From Octopus sinensis (taxonomy: Eukaryota): 64,000 nucleotides of DNA. Made by a program: the position numbers and the translations under genes. The notes beneath the pieces were generated by a model that did not search any database, was not told the origin of the DNA, and worked only from the letters and a program-made list of their open reading frames with translations. Every line of letters begins with the position of its first letter. The first letter of the stretch is position 1. This document shows, one piece after another, positions 49,993 to 63,449 of this stretch. The DNA lies in contig NC_042997.1 in NCBI RefSeq assembly GCF_006345805.1, positions 194,494,001-194,558,000 on the forward strand, given 5' to 3'.

Positions 49993-51207
49993 TAACCCTA
50001 GGTCATTTCTAATAAGTTGATCTTTGGAAAGAAAGTATTCATCAACATCATCGTTGTCATCATTTAATGTGTTTTCCATACTGGCATGAGTTGGATGGTT
50101 TGATGGGCAGCTGGTAAGCTGAATGACTCCACCAGGCCCCAGTCAACTGTTTCGGCATGGTTTCTGCTACTGGATGCCCTTGCATGGTGCTGGCACAAAT
50201 GCTTTTTACATGATGCCGACACAGGTGCTTATATACTCTTTTACTTGTTTCAGTCATTTGACTGCAGCCATGCTGGAGCACCGCCTTTAATCGAGCATCT
50301 CAACACAGGGACTTATTCTTTTGTAAGCCCAGTACTTATTCTATCGGTCTCTTTTGCCGAACCGCTAAGTAACGGGGACATAAACACACCAGCATCGGTC
50401 GTCAAGCAATGCTAGGGGGACAAACACAAACACATACATATATATACATACATATATATGACAGGCTTCTTTCAGTTTCCGTCTATCAAATCCACTCACA
50501 AGGCATTGGTCGGCCCGGGGCTATAGTAGAAGACACTTGCCCAAGATGCCACGCAGTGGGACTGAACCCGGAACCATGTTGTTGGTTAGCAAGCTACTTA
50601 CCACACAGCCACTCCTGCGCCTATATAATGTAATCTTTTTCTTTCTCTTTTACTTGTTTGTCATTTGACTGTGGCCGTGCTGGAGCACCGCCTTTAGTCG
50701 AGCAAATCAACCCCAGGACTTATTCTTTGTAAGCCTAGTACTTAATCTATCGGTCTCTTTTGCCGAACTGCTAAGTTACAGGGACGTAGACACACCAGCA
50801 TCAGTTGTCAAGCGATGTTGGGGGGACAAACACAGACACAAACATACACACATATATAAATGACAGGCTTCTTTCAGTTTCCGTCTACCAAATCCACTCA
50901 CAAGGCTTTGGTCAGCCCAGGGCTATAGTAGAAGACACTTGCCCAAGGTGCCATGCAGTGGGACTGAACCCGGAATCATGTGGCTGATGAAGGCTGGAGG
51001 GTGTATCAACCAAAACGTTGTGTTAACAACAAACAAGATGAGGACAAATATTCGTCGAATGTAAATGATGTAACTAAATCAAATCCCATTTCTTCTATTT
51101 TTTAAGTCTCAAATGTAAAGCTTGAGTATTCAGTCCTCGATTTTTCTTCTTTTTTTTTTATAATTTTGATTTCTGTTCTTTTTTTATTATTTGTGTTATC
51201 TTTCAAG

Positions 51208-51400
51208 GTGAAACAAGAAGAACTGATTAAAGATAACTTGGAAATGCAAGAATTGTGTCTTTACATGGGCCGAGAACATTTGTTTGACAACGACAGAGAT
51301 GACGGAGATGGCAGCAGTAATGGGACAACAGGAGGCAATGAGAAAATTGAAGAAGTCAACCAAACTCAGACTCCATCCGGTGACCAGTCAGGACAAAACT
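51208..51400 (+). CDS. CCDC85: CCDC85-family protein, coding exon 2
   Basis: TTTCAAG|VKQEELIKDNLEMQELCLYM...RDDGDGSS.. matches the family motif QEELxxENLELKELCL..RDxGDGSS. Donor T|GTAAGT, phase 1. Confidence 0.92.
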
Positions 51401-53029
51401 GTAAGTTTACATCAATGGAATTTTATAGAAATATATAAAATTCGTGAATGAAAATCTTTGTCCAAAACATCATATTTCTTTATGTAAAAGCAATATTACG
51501 TAACTTTGGTATTTTCAAGCAAGCAAAGGAGCATCTTTGCAGTTTCCTGGTCTTTTACTTGTTTCAGTCATTTGACTGTGGCCATGCTGGAGCACCCCAC
51601 CTTTAGTCGAGCAAATCAACCCCAGGACTTACTCTTTGTAAGCCTAGTACTTATTCTATCTGTGTCTTTTGCCGAACCGCTAAGTTACGGGGACGTAAAC
51701 ACACCAGCATCGGTTGTCAAGCGATGTTGGGAGGAGGACACATACACACACATATATATATATTATATACTTATATATATTATACATACATATATACGAC
51801 GGGCTTCTTTCAGTTTCCGTCTACCAAATCCACTCACAAGGCTTTGGTCGGCCCTAGGCTATAGTAGAAGACACTTGCCCAAGGTGCCATGCAGTGGGAC
51901 TGAACCCAGAATCATGTTTCCTAGTCTTCTATCTTTTACTTGTTTCAGTCATTAGAATGTGGCCATGCTGGGGCACTGCCTTGAAGAATCTTAGTCCAGC
52001 AAATTGACCCCAGAATTTTTTTTTCAAGCCAGGTACTTATCCTATCAGTCTCTTTTGCTGAACCCCTAAGCTACAGGGATGTAAAAAACACACCAACACC
52101 AGTTGTCAAGTAGTGGTGAGACACTCATTTATATACATGACAGGCTTCTTTCAGTTTCCATCTACCAAATCCACTCACAAAGCTTTGGCCGACCCAAGGC
52201 TATTGTGGAAGACACTTGCCCAAAGTGTCAAACAGTGTGACTGAACCCAGAACCATGTGGTTGGGAAGCAAGTTTCTTCCCACATAGCCATGCCTGCACC
52301 TATTAGAAATAACAACCAAATCCTCCTCAAGTTACACCCTGTCATCATAAAAAATTCAATGATATGAACAATGTAATCATAGATGTAGAAACAACAAATA
52401 GAGTGGTCATGGCTGGAAACTTTTGATCATGGGTCAACTCAATCTGGGTTGATCTAGAGCTAAATACTTGACCTTGCTCATCTCCTTGAATTCTGGAGGC
52501 TGGATTTTATTAATGTTAGACACCCAGCCATAGAAACCATACCAAAGCAGGCATTGGAGCTCAGTTCAGTCTTTGGACCTATCTGATCTTGTCAAACCAC
52601 CCAACCCATGCCGGCATGCCATTGAACATTTTGGCATGGTTTTTGAATAGTTTGACCAGGGCTGGTAAGCTGAGGGACTGCACCAGCCTCCAGTCTGATT
52701 TGGCATGGTTTCTGCAGCTGGATGCCCAGACACATATTCGTAAGTAAGGATTTAGTGTCACACAAAGCTGTTTATGTTACAAAGAGATATTTTAATAGAT
52801 TCTCTTTACTCTCTCTCTTTTATTTGTTCCAGTCATTTGACTGTGGCCATGCTGGAGTAGCGCCCTTAGTCAAGCAAATCAACCCCAGGACTTATTCTTT
52901 GGAAGCCCAGTACTTATGCTATCAGTCTCTTTTGCCGAACCGCTAAGTTACGGGGACGTAAACACACCAGCATCGGTTGTCAAGCAATGTTGGGGGGACA
53001 AACACAGACATAGAAACATATACATACAT

Positions 53030-53077
<48 letters not shown>

Positions 53078-53757
53078 GACGGGCTTCTTTCAGTTTCCGT
53101 ATACCAAATTCACTCAAGGCTTTGGTCAGCCTGAGGCTATAGTAGAAGACACTTGCCCAAGGTGCCACGCAGTGAGACTGAACCCGGAACCATGTGGTTG
53201 GTAAGCAAGCTACTTACTACATGCCACTACAAGGCACCTAGGAGCATTTTTCTTTTTTTTTTTGTATGGTTTTGTAGACCCACCTCCCTTCTTAGTCTTG
53301 ATGAAATAACTTACATTCAAAGGCATTCCAGCTGTGACCATCCTATCTTTTTTAAAAACTTTTTCTAGACAGATAAATAGGATTATATAATTCAGCATAC
53401 CTGTGAAAAACAAATATAGATTCAAGCCATGATAAACAGACAAAATGCAAAGTAAATAGAAACCGGTTGTTTTATTCTCTAGAAAACATAAAATACAAAT
53501 ATATTTTCAAGTTGCCACTTGTAAATGATTTGCGACAAATGAGAGTGGAAGAAAATTTAAATAAATATAAAAAGATTTTCATTTCATCATTCAGAAAAGG
53601 TAAGCTGTGTTCACCAAAATCTCTGCACAAGATCAAGTACAGTTAAGTGTTTTTCTACTAGGAGTATTTATCATGTATACTAGCTGATCACATGCCATCA
53701 ATAACAACAGCAAATTGTAGTATTTTATATATAAATAAGGTACATAATAATCACACA

Positions 53758-54055
53758 TATAGCCTGGGCTTCAGAGGTCCACAGCTCTTCAATATCCTCC
53801 TGAAGGACCTGAGAGACCTGCATGGGGTGGATGTAGGTGTCTTCAAAATAAAGCTGGACCTCTTCCTGTCATGTGTCCCAGATGAACCAACTTCGCAGCA
53901 GGAGGTGCAGATGAAGGCAGCTGCATCAAACTCTCTCCTGCACCAAACGTCAATTGCTAAAAAGCATTCGTGAAGTAAAATCATGTAGCAACACCAAATG
54001 GCGGTGCCCCAGCATGGCCACAGCTCGTGAGCTGGAACTAGATAAAATAAAACAA
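53758..54055 (+). mobile_element. 3' end of a LINE (CR1/L2-group ORF2 C-terminus plus 3' UTR)
   Basis: SLGFRGPQLFNILLKDLRDL..VFKIKLDLFLSCVPDEPT...AASNSL. The 3' UTR ends GGCGGTGCCCCAGCATGGCCACAGCTCGTGAGCTGGAACTAGATAAAATAAAA. Confidence 0.8.
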
Positions 54056-54539
54056 AAAAAAAATACAAACATTCACATACTTCCCTTGTACATGCACACA
54101 CTGATTTTTTTTTCACCCCTTCCTTCCTTATTCGTTTATCACCCCCTTCCTTTCTCTCATTGCCATTACTTTCTCTCACTCTCAGTCAGAGCAATTACTC
54201 TCACTACTATTCCTTCACTGAATTACTATTTTCTCTCCTCCTCCGCATCTGGCTTGATTCTGGACAAATATATAAAAGCACTACACTCTCATTATTATAT
54301 TAAGAGATATCTGAGTGAATGCACTCTCGCTCACGCTTACTATAAAACTCAGAAATTCACACAGAGAAAAAGATGGTCTCTTTCTCCTTTTTTATCTTTT
54401 ACTTATTTCGGTGGCCATGCTGATTTCCGAAGAGATTTTTAAAAAAATTTATTCAAAACAATGTAATACAGACATAATGTTTCATAAATATTCACTTAAA
54501 TATTGCATTAGAAATAATCTTTTGTTTTTATTTCTTCAG

Positions 54540-54625
54540 CCATTCCTGATCAGACATTAAATTATATAAAACATTTAGAGGAACTTGTTCGGAAACTCAA
54601 AGAAGAAAGAAATAATTTGTCTCTG
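54540..54625 (+). CDS. CCDC85: CCDC85-family protein, coding exon 3
   Basis: TTTCTTCAG acceptor, phase 1 in: (S)IPDQTLNYIKHLEELVRKLKEERNNLSL, similar to the family YIxQLExRVRxLEEE coil. Donor CTG|GTAAGT, phase 0. Confidence 0.88.
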
Positions 54626-55624
54626 GTAAGTTTTATCATTGGAGAATCTTGACGGTTTGTTTCCTTGCTTTGTTTTGAAACTTTCCCTGGTTATTTTGTT
54701 ATACTACATCTGGACTGCTTTTTCCGTCGAGAATCCTAAACAGTGGTTCAGAGTGGATTAGGCATCCTGTGTTCATTTGTAATAATGAGTACTTTAAGAA
54801 TCAATCACAGTTTTAAATTAAAGATGAAATCTAAATTACAAATTCAGATTTTATTTTGATTTTTTTAAAATTAAGATTCTTTTACATTATTTATAATGCA
54901 CGGATAGATGTCCTCATCTTGTTTCTTGTTATCACAGAGGTTCAGCGCCAAAGCGTGATAACAACAAACAAGATGAAGACACCTACCCATCAATTATAAA
55001 TAATGTACATAATTCTTCATCTCAAAAATATAGAATAGTTAAATTCTTTTTATCAACTCAAATCTGATTTGCATTTTCAGATATTTTTCAGTTCATAAAA
55101 GCATTGGAGTTTCAACTACAAAAAAAAACAAAAAAACAACAAAAAAAAAAAACAGTTGAATCTAATTCCTAACCATCAAAATTCATTATTTCTCCAATCA
55201 GATGCATATATCAATTATATATTCTTTCTTAATTAACTTAATGACCATACTTGATGGCATAACAGATGCATGGGTATATTAAACACATCCTAATTTCAGC
55301 AATGCATATTCAGGAAAAGTATTTAGTGCTTATGGGCAGCCCAACTTTGCATATAAGGCCCAAGGTTTTTATTTCCTTAAACTTGTTTCTTTACAAAAAA
55401 AAAATGCCTCTTATATGCCATCAAAATGGTACCATTTCCATAAATCAATTACAAGAAAAGCACTTCGAACATCTTCATGACACAATTGTAATACTTTCTT
55501 TTGTTATTTCTTCATTTCAAGATGTAAGTTCAGATATACCACTGCCATTTCTTGTTGCCTCCTGTAGACATCAGCTCAACTATTCACACTAAGCCACAAT
55601 TACACACTGCTCTAGCTTTCTTAA

Positions 55625-55847
55625 CTCTTTCGATACCAACCCGGCTGAAACCTCCTCTGGCTCTGTTGTACAAATGTCTTGCTTTCATAAGTTTTGAATT
55701 AAAATCTTCCACCAAACCTCAGTCGCAACTGATGTTCCTAACACCAGCTTAAGGATAACTAAGTTATTTTACTAAATTCTTTGCTATATTTAAAAATTAA
55801 TTGAAAGAAACACAGAGCATCTCAAAATGAATATGGTAACAGAAGGG
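55625..55847. mobile_element. piggyBac-type MITE (TTAA TSD)
   Basis: TTAA|CTCTTTCGATAC ... GTAACAGAAGGG|TTAA. Related copies at 57577-57722 and 63955 onward. Confidence 0.75.
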
Positions 55848-57152
55848 TTAAGGCACTTTCCTGTGGTTAAATGCCCTTGTTGACTTGTTTTCCATGTCTT
55901 CACACATCTAATTTATGAGTTGCCAAACTTATTTATGCAAGGCATAAACAAACACTACTGCTACCCAAATGGTGTCAATAAGAAGTGTAGACATACACAC
56001 GTGTTGGTGTATATGATAATGTATACATCTCTCTCTCTTTGGCCAGGTAACCATGCACCTCCTCTAGAGCAAAAGACCTGTTTCTGTCTCTCTTATTTCT
56101 TTATTGCCCACAAGGTGCTAAACATAGAGGGGACAAACAAGGACAAAGGGATTAAGTCAATTAGATTGACCCCAGTGCGTAAGTGGTACTTAATTTATCA
56201 AACAAGGACAGACAAAGGGATTAAGTCGATTAGATTGACCCCAGTGTGTAACTAGTACTTCATTTATCAACCCCAAAAGGATGAAAGGCAAAGTCGACCT
56301 CGGTGGAATTTTAACTCAGAATGTAACGGCAGACAAAATACCGCTAAGCATTTCGCCCAGCGTGCTAACATTTCTGCCAGCTCGCAGCCTTTCCTGTTTC
56401 TGTCTCTCTGTCACACTCTAAACCTTTCATCATCTGATATAAGATCACCTCCTCCAATGACCCTCTCCCCTCTCAAAAGTTCTTTGTCTTGCAAGCCACT
56501 TGGTGACCCTGCAAATGCTGGTGCCATATAAAAAGTACTGTTCCCTCTGCGGGGTGGCTGGTGTTAGGAAAAGCATCCAGCTGTAAAAATCCTGCCAAAA
56601 CAGATACAAAAGTCTGGTGCAGTCTTCTGCCTGGCCAGCTCCTGACAAACCGTCCAACCCATGCCAGCATGAAAAGCAGACATTAAACGATGATGATGAG
56701 GGTGTGTGTGCGCTTGCTATTGGTAACACATAATCCAATAACCCTGTCACACATGGTTGGGTTGTCAGTGATTAAACTGGAAACGACACCAGGTTTGCTT
56801 GGTAAGAGAGTGATATTTGGGCCCCCTGCAAGATGAAAAACAAAAGGTAAAGGAACTCATGAGACTGATCAGTCATCCTAGTGAGGTCTGCTGTCCATCA
56901 GTCAAAAGGTGCGGTGGCATTTGGAAGAGCATCCTGCTTAGAAAATATGCTAAAGCAGACATTGGTGTACGGTGCAGTCCTGTGGCTCGCCAACCCGTCG
57001 AATCATCCTACCCCTGCCAGAATAAAAGGCAGGCATTAAATGATAAGGATAGTCATAATTCATAATGTAAAATTTTATTTTTGAGTCCAGAATTATGTTA
57101 AATGATTTTTGTGAAATTATGTAATATGTTTGTTTTTGTATCTCATTTCCAG

Positions 57153-57233
57153 CAACTTGAACAACAAACAAATGATGCCAACAGTAATTATCCCAACACC
57201 TTCAGGCCACCTGGACCAGTTCGGGCTCAGATG
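57153..57233 (+). CDS. CCDC85: CCDC85-family protein, probable coding exon 4
   Basis: CATTTCCAG|QLEQQTNDANSNYPNTFRPPGPVRAQM|GTAGGA. 81 nt, phase 0/0, compatible with both neighbours. Little homology support. Confidence 0.7.
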
Positions 57234-57739
57234 GTAGGATAACTTTTTAACATAATTTGTTAGCCCTAATTTCAGATCAACACTTAGCAATAAGCAGTTA
57301 CTACTGGTTTGTCTTCTCTTCCTTGAGCAAGGTACATAACTCTATTTGGTACAGTTATGCTGTAGTAAATATTTAAAGTAGAGCATAAAAATTTGATTAG
57401 AAATACTAAAAATACAGTGAAGGCAGGCAAAATATGGGAGACAAGCACATACGTTTCAGAAAACTATGGTTTGCGAAAATTAAATTCAAGCACTTGAATT
57501 TCAGTTTATGCTATTTTGCAAATATATTTAATACCTGGGGTCGCGAAAAATCTTGTGATGAATGAAAAGGGTTTAACCTTTTTGAATTAAAATCTACCAC
57601 CAAACCTTAATTACAATTTATGTTCCTAACATAATGATAACTAAGTTACTAAATTCTTTGTTATATTTAAAGTAATTGAAAGAAACATAGAGCATCTCAA
57701 AATAAATACAGTAAGGAAAGGGTTAAAGAGTGCTGCTGT

Positions 57740-58100
57740 CATCATCATCATCGTTTAGCGTCCACTGTCCATGCTGGCATGGGTTGGATGGTGCAACTGG
57801 GGTCTGGGAAGCCAGAAGGCTGCACCAGGCCCAGTCTGATCTGGCAATGTTTCTACAGCTGGATGCCCTTCCTAACGCCAACCACTCCGTGAGTGTAGTG
57901 GGTGCTTTTTACGTGCCACCCACACAGGTGCCAGACGGAGCTGGCAAACGGCCACGGACGGATGGTGCTTTTTACGTGCCACGCAAGGCTGGCAACGGCC
58001 ACGATCGGATGGCGCTTTTTATGTGCCACCGGCACGGGGGCCAGGCGAGGCTGGCAACAGCCACGAACAGATGGTGCTTTTTACGTGCCACGATCGGATG
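57740..58100 (-). mobile_element. SINE family D with (ATG)n tail and internal ~45-65-bp tandem repeats
   Basis: (CAT)nCGTTTA..CCATGCTGGCATGGGTTGGA..GCTGGATGCCCTTCCTAACGCC. Other copies at 44405, 50050, 52580, 56400-56700 (+), 60042 and 62235. Confidence 0.75.
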
Positions 58101-58780
58101 GTTCGCTTACTTGTCACCGGCTGTATACAAATCAATTGTGCAAGTTGGTTCAGCAAGAGATTGCAGTGCCCTCCTCTGTTGTTTTTAGTAGGAGAGTCTA
58201 CTACCATAGATGCAGCATGCCAAATGGTTGAGTTCACTTCACAATCTTGTAGTCTTGGGATCAAACCCAGTGTGTGGTGACTTGGGGGAGTCAACTTGAG
58301 ACTTGTGAGTGAAATTGAGGAGATTGCACCTGTATGAAAGCCTGTCATGTGAAATGCATCTGTAACTTTCAAAGGTTCGACCTTGCACATACTGTGCATT
58401 GCTGATTCTGATTAAAGATTTCATAAAGAGTACAAGTGTCTGTGGAATACTCAGCCACTTGAAAGCTAATTCAGTGAGCTTGTTGTTCAGTTGACTGAAC
58501 TAGTGAGTTCGTGTGGCACAGTGGTTAGACTATTTGGCTCAGAATCATAAGGTCATGAGTTCAATATCCAATGGTACATTGTGTCCATGAGCAAGGCACT
58601 TCATTTCATGTTACTCGAATCCACTCAGCTGACAAAAACGAGTTGTGCCTGTCATTCAAAGGGCCATTCTTATTTCTTTGTTGCCCACAAAGGACTTTTT
58701 ACCGCTAAGCATTTCACCCAGCATGCTAACATTCTTATCACATTCTGTGTCACGTTGAATCTCCCTGAGAACTACATTAA

Positions 58781-59852
58781 CCCTTTCGTTACCAAACCGC
58801 CCAAAGCCGCCCGAAAAAAATTTTGGTTAATGTGACCAAAGCCACCCGAATTTACCTATTCATATTTAAATGAGAATATCAGAGCAAATCTCTTTAGTAC
58901 ATTCATGAAAACACGTATTATACTTCGTAAACAGTTCAACTACAGTTTTGTACAATAATCGAAGTGTAATTTTAATTCCGTGAATTTTGGGAGATTTTTT
59001 CCGAAATTTGTTCCTATTGTGTTTTCAAAATTTGTAATTCTGACAAAAAATGGATACGAATTTCATTATATCAAGCAGCGAGTCAGAATTCGAAGGATTT
59101 TCTACTGAAGACCTTCATAAATCTAACTCTATGACTGAAAAAAAAAAGCATGTGGTATTTGATAATGAATCTGATGTTTCATTTTCCGAAAGTGAAAACT
59201 GAATCCGAGATCTCCGACAGCGATAAAGAAAATGAATTGGCACCTGAATGGAGTGAAAATTTAAAAACTGTTTCTTTCGGTGATTTTTCTGAAGAAACTG
59301 GACCAAGCCACAGACTTTCCCAGGAGAGTAAAGCCTTAGACTATTTCTTTTTACTTTTTCGAATGAGCCTATTTGAAATCATTACAGCGGAAACGAACCG
59401 TTACGCTAAACGTAAACAAAGCGAAAAAAACGATAGTTTGTGGTTTCCCACAACCTTAAATGAAATTAAGACTATTTTGCCATAAATATTATTATGGGTA
59501 TCAGAAAGTTACCCAGAATAACAAATTCTATCGTAAAATTTTGTTGTATACCCAATTGAATATTAGCTAATAACCCATTTTCTATAGCGATGTTTGAACA
59601 AAATTTTAATAATTTTATTTTGTTGAATTTACCTGTATCTACCTGCAATTAGAGTCACTTTGTGACAAAAATTATAGTATAGAATTGGTTGAGAATATTT
59701 CATTAAATTATCTTCCAAAAATCAGATTAATATATCGATAAATAAAAAAGTTATAGTTGTTTAATGAAACCAGACTAAATTTATGATTACGTTAGAAATT
59801 AATTGAAACACATAAGGGGTGTAATTTGGTCAGAAATATAGTAACGAAAGGG
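58781..59852 (+). mobile_element. Internally deleted piggyBac element (PGBD-like N-terminus)
   Basis: TTAA|CCCTTTCGTTAC ... GTAACGAAAGGG|TTAA. Encodes FSEETGP...ALDYFFLLF...IITAETNRYA...WFPTTLNEIK (DDE_Tnp_1_7 N-part). Splits a SINE C at its TTAA. Confidence 0.92.
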
Positions 59853-60351
59853 TTAAGGGTACACATGTTCTGTGGAGCATTCAGCCACTTACATGCTTAA
59901 TTTCACAAGAAGTCTGTTTCCATTGATCGGATCAACTGGAGCACTTGTCATCTTAACCAATGGAGTGTCGGTTATTTTGTTGGAGTGAAGGGACTTGTAT
60001 TTTTATTGTACTACTAAATATTCATCAAAATTATCACATCTATCATCATCATCATTGTTTAACATCTGCTTTCCATGCTAGCATGGTTTGATGATTTGAC
60101 TGAGGTCTGGCGAACCAGATAGCTGCTCCAGACTCCAATCTGATCTGATCTGGCAGAGTTTCTACAGCTGGATGCCCTTAATGATAACACAACTGCAGCT
60201 TTGTCCAGCTTGATGGGTCTTCTTCTCAAGCATGACATAATACCAAAGGTCTCAATCATTGCCTCTGTGAGGCCCAATACTCAAAAGGTACTCAGCCACT
60301 TTGCCTCCATGAGGCCCAATGCTCAAAAAGTGTTCTTTACATGCCACTGAC

Positions 60352-60389
<38 letters not shown>

Positions 60390-60405
<16 letters not shown>

Positions 60406-60784
60406 AAGCTGAAGTTGTCTGTGTATGGCAGGTTTGGCAGCCTTCAACTAACACTATCTCCTCTGAAACCTGAGGCGCAAGTTGACCAAAATTGAGAGTA
60501 TGATAGAAGAAAGCTTGCTCTTCCTTCCGTAGAAGAAAAAATTCAAATCGGACCATGTTAACACCAAAACTTATTTACATCAAAAAGGTGCTTTTTTTTT
60601 CTATGAAAATCCTTATTTTTTACGATTTTTTTACTGCTGTGTCGTCATTTTTCTGTGTATTTCAACCAGAAAAATGTTCACTTAAAGAGAATAACAAGCT
60701 ACATAATGCAAAATTTTTACTTTTCAAAAATTCTAATTCTAAAGGGTCGAAACAAACCCGAGCAACGCCGGACGATACCGCTAG
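60390..60784 (+). mobile_element. Non-autonomous Helitron type I, in a (TA)n tract
   Basis: Colinear with 2750-3136. Ends CCCGAGCAACGCCGGACGATACCGCTAG|T. Confidence 0.82.
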
Positions 60785-60975
60785 TAAATATGTGTTTCTG
60801 ACAAATCCACTGCTTGAGGCTGTATAGAAGGCACTTGCCCTAAGTTCTACATAGTGGGGCTGAACTCAAAACCATGCGGTTTGGGAAGTAAGCTCTTACC
60901 ACACAGCCACATGCGTAATACTACTGTTATATTACTTTTTTTTACCACTATCTTTTCTTTCAACCCCCAATACAG

Positions 60976-61239
60976 GTGACCAGCTGGAGCAAACCTGCAA
61001 ACACTATTGGTAGTACTACCAACCCACCCAGAACTATGCAGTACCCTCAACAACAGCAACAACAACAACAACAATACTACCACCAACAGCAAGAGAAATA
61101 CCATCAGCAGCAACAACAATCCCAACAGTATCAGCAAAATCTCCGACAACAACCAGAACAGAAACAACAGAACGCGCCACCTCGTCCACATCCACCGAAT
61201 TCTTCATCTCAACCTGATGCTGTTACACATGCTATGAAG
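60976..61239 (+). CDS. CCDC85: CCDC85-family protein, coding exon 5 (Gln-rich)
   Basis: TACAG|VTSWSKP...QQQQQQQQYYHQQQ...PDAVTHAMK|GTAATC. AVxHAMK precedes VLEVHE in the CCDC85 C-terminal motif, so a further exon is expected downstream. Phase 0/0. Confidence 0.88.
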
Positions 61240-61314
61240 GTAATCCAACAATATACTCCTTATCAGTCAAGAGTGGTGGTGGTCGTGGTGATGGTAGTTA
61301 TTGTTACATAGTGT

Positions 61315-61695
61315 GGAGGCGCAATGGCCCAGTGGTTAGGGCAGCGGACTTGCGGTCATAGGATCGTGGTTTCGATTCCCAGACCGGGCGTTGTGAGTGT
61401 TTATTGAGCGAAAACACCTAAAAGCTCCACAATGCTCCGGCAGGGGATGGTGGTGATCCCTGCTGTACTCTTTCACCACAACTTTCTCTCACTCTTACTT
61501 CCTGTTTCTGTTGTACCTGTATTTCAAAGGGCCGGCCTTGTCACTCTCTGTGTCACGCTGAATATCCCCGAGAACTACGTTAAGGGTGCACGTGTCTGTG
61601 GAGTGCTCAGCCACTTACACGTTAATTTCACGAGCAGGCTGTTCCGTTGATTTGGATCAACCAGAACCCTTGTCGTCGTAACCAACGGAGTGCTT
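61315..61695 (+). mobile_element. SINE family E, full length
   Basis: tRNA-like head. Flanked by TGTTACATAGT at 61302 and 61707. Confidence 0.85.
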
Positions 61696-61725
61696 CCATC
61701 CATCCATGTTACATAGTATACTACA

Positions 61726-62106
61726 GGCGCAGGAGTGGCTGTGTGGTAAGTAGCTTGCTTACCAACCACATGGTTCCGGGTTCAATCCCACTGCGTGGCA
61801 CCTTGGGCAAGTGTCTTCTTCTGCTATAGCCCCGGGCCGACCAATGCCTTGTGAGTGGATTTGGTAGACAGAAACTGAAAGAAGCCTGTCGTATATATAT
61901 ATATATGTGTCTGTGTTTGTCCCCCTAGCATTGCTTGACAACCGATGCTGGTGTGTTTACGTCCCCGTCACTTAGCGGTTCGGCGAAAGAGACCGATGGA
62001 ATAAGTACTGGGCTGACAAAAGAATAAGTCCCGGGGTCGAGTTGCTCGACTAAAGGCAGTGCTCCAGCATGGCCGCAGTCAAATGACTGAAACAAGTAAA
62101 AGAGAG
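61726..62106 (+). mobile_element. SINE family A, full length
   Basis: Matches the consensus from head to tail. Confidence 0.9.
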
Positions 62107-63449
62107 TACAGTTCTGAAACTATTACTTTGACATTGAATAGGAACATACAAACTGGTTTCTTAACGATATACAGTGGGGGTGCAAAAGTAGGTATACAGT
62201 TATGGAAAACAGAAAACCCTGTACAATACTCATTTCATCATCATCATCGTTTAACGTCCACTTTCCATGCTATCATGGGTTGGACAGTTTGACTGTGGGC
62301 TGGCGAACCAGATGGCTGCACCAGGCTTCAATCTTGATCTGGCAAAGTTTCTACAGCTGGATGCCCTTCCTAATGCCGACCACTCCGAGAGTGTAGTGGG
62401 TGCTTTTACATGTCACCAGCACGAGGGCCAGTCAGGCGGTACTGGCAACAGCCACGCTCAAATGGTGTTTTTATGTGCCACCTGCACAGGAGTTAGTCAT
62501 GACCAAAGGGATCTCAGCATATCTATATATATATATAAAGTGTCCATTAATTACAGATATCACTAAATATATCCCCAATGGTTGTTTTAATAACATAGTA
62601 ATTTAGATAGGATGATGTCTATATTACAATAACCAATAATATGTTATGCATGTATGGTAATATTACGATCATGAAATTAGCGTTAGCTTATCTAACTCTT
62701 TCCCATGGAACGCTGGTTTAGGGTGTTACACTCATGGTTGTAAGATTGTAGTTTTGATTCCAGGACCAGATGATGTGTTGTATTCTTGAGCAAAACACTC
62801 CATTTCCTGTTACTCCGGTTCATTGACCTTGTAAAAACAAGTCATCTTTTGACAGACTGGCATCATATCCAGAGGGATAATTTCTGCACCACAGACCAGG
62901 TTCTTCAACTAAACAAGTCATTTTATGTTGCCCCAGTCCACTCAGCTGGCAAAAATTAGTAATCCTGTGACAGACTAAGCATCCCATCCAGGGGAATAAT
63001 TTTCACACCTACAGAATCAGAGGAAACCAGCCTTATGAGCCTATGACTCAGGAAAGGACCTTTGACTTTGCTCCCTTTTTGAATAGTTATCTTTGTAAGA
63101 CAAACTCCTCCCTCAACACTTTATCCTAGTAATGAAGATAAAATCTCTGGTGCCGTTCCAGCAGTCTTATCCTGTTGATATATCCATTCATATATATTCA
63201 TCTGTCTGTTTATTTGATGTTAGGTGTTGGAAGTTCATCAGCAACTGGAATCTCCCATGAATAACATTGACAGCAACAATGATCTTGGTGATAATGAGAA
63301 GGCCATCGTTCGAGAAATGTGCAATGTAAGGTCTTCCATATTTTTTATCTTTCATGTTTTTATTATTTGTTTCAGTCATTGAGCTGTGGTCATGCTGGAG
63401 CACTGCTTTGAAAGGTTTTAGTCAAATAGATTGACCCTAGTACATATTT

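Noticed and set aside
60847-61191. Minus-strand Leu-rich membrane-like ORF (similar case at 5584-5844)
   Set aside because: It is the antisense of the poly-Gln exon; the 5584 case is a (TTG/CTG)n microsatellite.
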